From Octopus sinensis (taxonomy: Eukaryota), in assembly GCF_006345805.1 (NCBI RefSeq), contig NC_043010.1, positions 62,930,001 through 62,994,000 of the forward strand: DNA of 64,000 nucleotides, given 5' to 3'. The notes under the pieces were generated by a model. It was given only the letters and a program-made list of their open reading frames with translations. It was not told the origin of the DNA and made no database searches. A program made the translations under genes and the position numbers. Every line of letters starts with the position of its first letter. Position 1 is the first letter of the stretch. Below are positions 63,950-64,000 of this stretch, piece by piece.

Positions 63950-64000
63950 ATAATCACTCCATGGATTTATATGGATAATACCATACAAAATTCTGGTGCA

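Overview
Repeat-dense animal genomic DNA. It is most likely from a coleoid cephalopod (Octopus-like), inferred from the tRNA-derived SINE families, RTE-type tails, TTAA MITEs and very high (TA)n/(CA)n density; no database search was run. Only one intact protein-coding region is supported: an uninterrupted 553-aa C2H2 zinc-finger ORF (55325-56986, +) with a 5-finger and a 3-finger cluster and a Q19 tract. A CpG-rich, repeat-free stretch at about 3.9-5.2 kb looks like a promoter/first exon and may belong to this gene across about 50 kb of intron. The rest is mobile-element debris: SINE families A, B, C, D and F, CR1 and RTE LINE fragments, a decayed Penelope-like element (RT + GIY-YIG), a deleted Tc1/mariner, three non-autonomous Helitrons, piggyBac-type and hAT MITEs, four long foldbacks and microsatellites. 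Most interesting observations: decayed hammerhead-ribozyme-like motifs (two clearly homologous copies plus two more), three rearrangements whose junctions all fall in (TA)n tracts inside one SINE family, duplicated DNA-recognition helices in the zinc-finger protein, and MITE dimers sharing a spacer. Most ORFs in the supplied track are microsatellite artefacts. Repeat boundaries are approximate unless termini are quoted.
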